The notes under the pieces: generated by a model | What the model was told of the DNA's origin: nothing | Seen by the model: only the letters and a program-made list of their open reading frames with translations | The model's database searches: none | Program-made: the position numbers and the translations under genes | Origin: Paraspadella gotoi | Lineage: Eukaryota > Animalia > Chaetognatha | DNA: 64,000 nucleotides | NCBI GenBank assembly: GCA_051294375.1 | Contig: CM119265.1 | Span: 15,104,963 to 15,168,962 of the forward strand | Direction: 5' to 3' | Shown here: positions 48,820 to 64,000 of the stretch, in pieces | Numbering within the stretch: position 1 is the first letter of the stretch | Layout: every line of letters starts with the position of its first letter

Positions 48820-50701
48820 TCATTCCATGAGGTCATCATCTTGGGGAAGTTCTAGCATAAATTCGGGTTCCCAGAGTTCGGGTTTTTCTGGACCGACTAC
48901 CCGTTTTTCAACAGGAGTGCTCTTCCGCTGCCAACATCCGTCGAAATTCATCTCGTCCATCAACCTCTGGACGACCGCCATTCGCTCATGCGCCTGATCC
49001 ATCTCGCTCCACGACTGAACGTTGTTTGATATGTGGAATCGGATTTCGTCGACAATGTGAATCGAATCTCCCTCTACGTCGCGGTTTTTAACTTCGGCTG
49101 CGTCGCGCCGAATCAAATGCCGCAATTGCGGCGAGTCGCTTAAAGATTCCAAGTGCTCGGCGACGAAAGCGTAACAGGCGTCCTCAAGGCGCGGTAAAGA
49201 AAACAGCCTGGCCATCTCTAGCACGCTAATGACGTTGTCCACATCAAGACGGTCCGCCACAAAGGCACCGCACAGAGTCTTTAGTCCTGGCAACAGGAAC
49301 TGGTCGGCTGCCTCGATCACCTCGTAGACGGTCTCCCCCTCTAATTGGCATTCGTTAGTGTAGACGTAGTCTACGATCTGCTTAAAGACTTTATGAGAGA
49401 CGCTGTGGAGGCGGAGGAGAGGAATCGTGCGAACGTTAGTGTCATAAGACGGCGTAGATCCCTCAAAAGGGTTCATGGTAGGATTCGAAGATGGGGGAGT
49501 CGGAAAATGTAAGTCTTGTTGGAGATCCGTCGATTCTAAAAACAAGATTTAGAGATGAATACGTAATACCGTAGCAAACGAAGAAATGATGACTGATGAG
49601 TTAATTTCAACTAGAAATGTTTAACTATCTGAACTTTCATTGATAAATTATATTTTATAATAATAATAATAATAAAAAAATAATAAAAATTAGCTCACCT
49701 TTAACATTTATCGGTGAGAAGCTTTCTCCGTTTTTGTCGTCCGGCGAATATGCGATCGCATCGGATTCTTGAAAATGATCTCTGGTGAGAGCGCGAAAGA
49801 ACTCGCTCCGCCCACAGAAAAAGGCTCGGTGTCCATAGAATGCGTGACCGTCGACGTGAAAACAGACGTCGGCGAAAGGGGCGAAGGCCGGTCTCTCTTC
49901 CATGAATGGCAGTTCGCAGTCGTTCGTCCAGAAGCAAAGATCCTTCGGTAACGCCGCTGTGGCGAGAACAGCGAGATCGTTGCACAGTAGTCGCTGTGTA
50001 TCGGGCATTTCCACGGCCAGAAACTGCCCGAAGTACTTTCCTCTCTTCAGCTTCTTGTAGGTTTCGAATTTTTTGACGCGCTTCTCGATCTCCTCGACCA
50101 ACGCCCTTTCGTCCACAGTCTCCAGCAATTCCACGAATTCGTCGAGTCGATCGAGAGCGACGTTGAGCACTCCCGTGTAGAGGAATTCCACGTAGGCCTT
50201 GAAAGCTGCCGGGACCAAACGGTGGTTGTTGAGACGGACGACGCTTTTGAACTGCCACTTGTTGGTCAGCTTTTCGGCGAAAAATCGGCTCCGAGCGTAA
50301 AGGACGCACCTGTGAGCGAGCACACTCTCTCCGTGTACGTCGAAGCGAATGTCGGCGAACTCGTTGCGCGACTCCAGCGTTTGACGCATGAATTCTTCGA
50401 AATTGTGGCGCCTCATCGTCTTGGAGGTGATGAGATTAGCCTCCTTCAGGATGCTTCGGATGGCGGGAGTCAGCGCGGCGTAAAGACAGCGCTCCCCGTC
50501 GAAGGTATTGGCTTCGCACCGGGCGCCTCTTTCGACCAGGTAACGAACGATCTCTTCGTGGCCGCAGAGACAGGCATAATAGAGAGGGGTGGCATCCCAG
50601 TTGTCGCGGACGTTGGGATTGACTTCTTTGGTTTCGATCAAGTACTTGAGCCGGTCCATCTGACCCGTTCGCGCAGTTTCTAGTAATTCCGACGTATCCA
50701 T
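48820..50701 (-). CDS. ABTB1: Ankyrin repeat and BTB/POZ protein 1, 2 exons (50701-49699, 49535-48820)
   Basis: NVRDNWDATPLYYACLCGHEEIVRYL, CEANTFDGERCLYAAL, two BTB domains, ADQFLLPGLK, DSIHIVDEIRFH. Confidence 0.95.
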
Positions 50702-51047
50702 GTTGGAATATGTAAAGGGGCGAACGCATCGCTGACTAGATTGAGTATAAAATACGGGATCGAAGAAGTTGTTGACCTAGTGCGACTGAACCTGATGATG
50801 TTGATGATGATACATCTTGTTTCGAAAGGACTTGTTTGAAAGTGGCCTCTCGTGTTTAAGGATCGCAATATAAACAAAAGGGTAGTCCTACTCGAAAGTT
50901 CTCAAATTTCTAATAAGTTTACATTGTTTTCCTCTACAGTCTACAATGATGAGGGAAAACAAAATTAAATGGATTAACAAAGCAGCGACCGGTAGTAGCA
51001 AAAGTTGGTTGCGGACGTCGAATAGTAAAGTTACCCTATAATATTTT

Positions 51048-51349
51048 TATAGTAATATCCTTATAAAATAGTAAAATTTAAAAATAATATTTTAAAAATT
51101 GTTATTAAAGATTCGGATTCTTCATAAAAAGATCAAAATTATTAAACATGTTATCTAAAATTCTCTCGTTTTCAGCATCAAAAATAGGAAAAAAGATAAA
51201 AATTTATAATTTTTTTAATTTTCTGTAGTAAAAACTGTATTTTGCTGAAACCTTTTAATCGTTTTTTGTTGTCTAAACATTAAAATATCATGTTTTACAA
51301 AAGTTTCTTTTTTTTACAGGGAATGCGATTTTATAAGAATATTACTACA
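51048..51349. mobile_element. MITE, copy of 44453-44804
   Basis: Same TIRs and internal similarity. Confidence 0.7.
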
Positions 51350-54300
51350 GAGAAAATAGATTTTACTATACTTATATGCTAAAAAAATTTTTTAAAGGAT
51401 TTAAATTTTGTTAAGTACCTTTACAAAGGCAGCAAAGGAATAATGTTCAATCGCTCAATCTTTTCATCACTCTACCCTAAAAAACATACAGGATCAAAAA
51501 GGGTTAATAGCAACCTTCACTTTGCTTGCATTACACGGTAAGAGAGGTTTAATTTACATTGTCATGGGTCTAGATTTTTTCAATGCGACTGCGACTATCC
51601 TTATGCTTTTAAGATTTTTTTTCACTTAGAACAGGAATTCCTGTAACGAAAATTTACATAAGATCTTAATAATAAACCATTTATAATTTTATTATATGAA
51701 AAACTGAAAAGTCCTGGGTACAGGTTCTGTTTACGAATATCAAATTGATTAATTATTTCTTTTTAATCTATCGGGGGGTGCATCTCGCTAAAATTCACTC
51801 TTTTATGTGTATAAAGAACCAGGTTTAATTTTGTACATTTTATTTCACATAAATACCGCATTATATCAGCATGAAATTGGTTATGTACAAGTCGTAATTG
51901 AAATAATATTAATCATTGCCATGAAATCAGTCGAATAGCACAAATAAAACCAACTTAGAAGCCGAAGAAGACTGTTATAGCAATAATTATTGAAACTTTT
52001 TTTTTTAGTTTTTTGGGCCAAATTTTCTCGATGGAAACGCTCTCCCCCACTTTGCCATTTAAACCACTGCCAGGCGAGTCTTCCGAAGTTGTCTTCGCTG
52101 GGAAACGATTTTATTTATCCGTAGTTCTTTTTCCTTTCAGGTCCTTGACAGGATATTTACTTTTTTTTTTTTACCCCTCACTTTTTTTAGAAACCTCTTG
52201 CTTCTTTAAGAATTTTTCCACCTTTTCCCCATCCCTTTCCTATCCCACTACCCTCTTCAACCCCTCATCATTCTTTTTCCGTTTTTCCCCTTTCTTCTCT
52301 CATTCTTTCTTGAAACTGTCTTTCTTGTCAGGATTGAGAAATCCAATGAGTTTAAGGTCGTTTTATGGACCGGTTTACAGGAGAGGGACATTCACGGTTA
52401 AAGACGATTTTCTTTTCCGAGGGAAGATTCTAGCGCGATCTAATTCATGGTTCGCCGAAAAATATGCCTAGAATTGTATAATATTTTTTCTCCGTTTTAA
52501 ATAAAAGCACGAAAATCGGCCTGCTAAGACGGAGTAATCGGAATTTTCGTCTTACTGGATAAAAGCCGGGGGTTTTCATTTCGATAGAAAAAAGCGGATT
52601 CGAAAAGGAAAAGGATCTGACGTCGCAAATGGCGTCCCCATTTCCGCCTCGGTCTCTGGGGAACGGGAGTAGACGCGCGAGTTCGTCGTTCCGCGCCCTG
52701 GGAGAGACGCACTCGACGCACGCATCCACCCGCGCGTGCGCTTGAGAAAACTGGTCCAAGTTCTGCTTAGAATTTCAAAGCATCTCGCGGGGATTGGTCT
52801 CGCTCCCTTTGTGAGAAGGATAGAAGAAAGAAAAGAAGAAGAAAAAAACGAACGAAAAGGATGTACAAAAGATATGCAGATTTGACGTGGATAACGTAGT
52901 TTGTTTCGGACTTCAACGTGCTTCAACCCGAATCCCCAGAGCCAGAAAGGTTCGAGAAAGCCTTTGGCATTACAATTATTCCAAGTTTCATGCATTCAAA
53001 AATAGATAACCGTTATTTTGTCAGTATGTTTGACCTTCATTTTCAACCCGCTTCATCAGTAACCCCTTTCTTATGCCCCGAGAACGGCCCATAAAATCGG
53101 ATCCTTTTCCGTTTTCGTAACAAAGATTTTCACTGTAACCACGACGTCAATGATGTCAGCCCGGGACGACCATCAATTCCCGCACGGCTGAAACAAATGG
53201 CGACTTGTACTTAGGGTACCATAAATCCGCCATTCGGAGAAGGGAGGAAACCGGGATTGCCGCCTCCGAGAGCGAAAATCGCCGCCCCCACGACCCCTTC
53301 TTCCCCCTCCCCCAAAAAAAGTGGAAGAAATTTAGTGGGGGCTGGTGGGAAAAAGTCCGTTGATTATCGGTTTCTTCTCCACTTTCCCCCTTCCAGTGGA
53401 CGTCATCCCATTTTCCTATTCCCCCCTTTTTTTTTACCTCACGGGAACAGAATAAGGAGATGCGTCTGTCGCGCGGAATCGCCGCCAGGGGAAATGGCGA
53501 GGAATAGGGTTAGCGGGACAGACTCGATCGAATAAGCAGACGCAGACACTTGGACCATTTGGACGGAATGGAATTGGAGGGTAGACGCTCAACTTAATCG
53601 AATTACTGTTCCAAAGAAAATTAAAATCTTGACTTTTTCATTTAAAAAAAACTATTTTTTGTAAAAGAAGTGTATTGTAATTATATGAAATTGGTCTAAC
53701 CAATATAAAACTTATCCACTCATTTAATAAATAAGCGGCTATCTTGCCCCTGGCTATGGACCGGCTTTGGACAGGCTTTGGACGTTTATTCACTTCCAGA
53801 GTACCTGGCCTTCCTATCAATGAAGTGGTATAATAATAATAATAATAATATTTCAGAAAATGTTTTAATAATATGAAAGTTATAAGTAGACATGGATTTC
53901 TATCTTTGACTATAGAAGCCAGGATAGAGGCTCCCCCTACCGCCAGAACCTTTCTTTCCCCCTGGTCTTCTCTTTTCCCTCTCAACGCCTCCTCCTCCTC
54001 CCCTCGTCGTCCACTCCTCATCCCCGAGTCACGGATCAGGGTCTACACTTCACTCAGCTCGGTCTCGGAGTCTACAAACCTTCCTTCTCCCCCTTTTATG
54101 TACCCTTTTTTCTTTGTTATACCTGTTTCCTATTTCCCCTTTTCTCTGACGATAGTATAGATAGATACATACCTTTCAGAGGAAGCATCAAATTCTTTAT
54201 GAATAAGATCAGAATATTCATAAGATCAGTATCATTGATTTCCCATAGTTTTTAATGTAAGGGCTGGTGTCCCATCTTCGTCAAAAGATATAATAGTCGA

Positions 54301-54938
54301 AGCGATGGAATTCCGATTATTATTAAAACTACACATAGAGCTAGTGTTCAAACTAGTTCTACATCTTGTCTTTCAGAAAAAAAGACGATATTGATGTGAT
54401 ATTATTCTTACGTTTAATGCATAGGCCAGATTTTTTTGGTTGTACTTCTCTTTTTTAAGGCGGAAAAGAGCAGAGAATCTCTCTTTAGCGATTCGCAAGA
54501 GTGCTCTCCTTTTTTCTCTTTTCAGTTTCTTTTTCTTTTTTCTTTTCCACCAAACTCCAACCGCCCGGCTTCTCTCGGTCCCATGTTTGCTTCCAACACA
54601 CGTTGGCTTTTATCTGTCTTCTTCTGGTTCCCGGTTCCTGCCCTGTATTCCTACCCTGAATTCTCGATATTTCAAACATTGGCTCTGACCCAAAGTTGGT
54701 TTCCCCCGTTCTTTTCTCTCCCTTTCTCCTTACCCTTTTCCTCCTTCATATGAGAAAGGAATTTCTTATCGTTTTTTTTGGCTTCCTTTTCCAAATGGAA
54801 TCCTTGGGCCCCTTTTTGAAAATCCTTAAATTTTTTTTTCCGGTGAAGCTAGAAAATATATGGACATTTTTGAAATGATGATATTCAAATTTCCATTTTC
54901 TGCCTCGACCTTTTCTGCGCTAAACGTCAAGTCAGAAC

Positions 54939-63515
<8,577 letters not shown>

Positions 63516-64000
63516 TGGTGAAGAGGCGGGGGTTTAGGGTGAAAGTGAGGCGTCACAAGGTAAACAAATACGGAAGTCGGCGGGGTCAGCGGAAACGGGT
63601 CGAGGAGCCGCGGGCGTTCTGTTTTGACTTGGCCGTCGCCCGGGTCGTTGTCGTCGTCGTCATTGGCGGCTTTTTAAGTCAGGATCTTACAAACATCCAA
63701 CTGATAATAATACAATATAATATAATAATAATACTCAACGGTAAATGCCAACGATCATTCGTTTCCATTTAAAAAAAAATGTTGCCCTTTAAAAAAACAT
63801 ACAAAAGCAAAACCAATTTTTAGCGAACTCAATGCCATCAGACTCAAGGCAACCTGTTACAGAATCACACTTCTTTCCTTGAATAACGAACTGATGCGGT
63901 TTATTTTTCCGTTCGAGTTAAGTTAATGTTACACGTCTTGGTCGTCGTCGTCGTCGTCGTCGTCGCTTAGGAGTAAAAAGAGATCAATTTCTGGACGAAA

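Overview
Eukaryotic (invertebrate-like) genomic DNA with short (~55-65 nt) GT-AG introns, four N gaps and scattered 1-nt indel errors. Two tightly packed + strand clusters look like operons: GTF2E2-RBBP5-RPIA-NCAPG-DTYMK-KIF11 (199-23749) and BCLAF1/THRAP3-like-SERF-SNRPB-orphan mitochondrial micro-protein (34556-46233). Stop-to-start gaps are ~95-430 bp, and each downstream gene has a polypyrimidine-AG acceptor just before its ATG, which suggests SL trans-splicing. A ~14 kb inverted duplication (18163-32416) contains the KIF11 3' exons, a decayed hATm-like transposon, MITE/foldback elements and a SINE present in one arm only. The - strand carries ABTB1 and the 3' part of an Ig-superfamily receptor. 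Signals missed by the ORF track are three intronic box C/D snoRNAs, two intronic long-hairpin+ACA RNA candidates, several minimal hammerhead ribozymes, an in-frame cassette exon splitting KIF11 switch II, and a UGA-C readthrough candidate that swaps one PDZ ligand for another. All calls were made by eye and no database searches were run.
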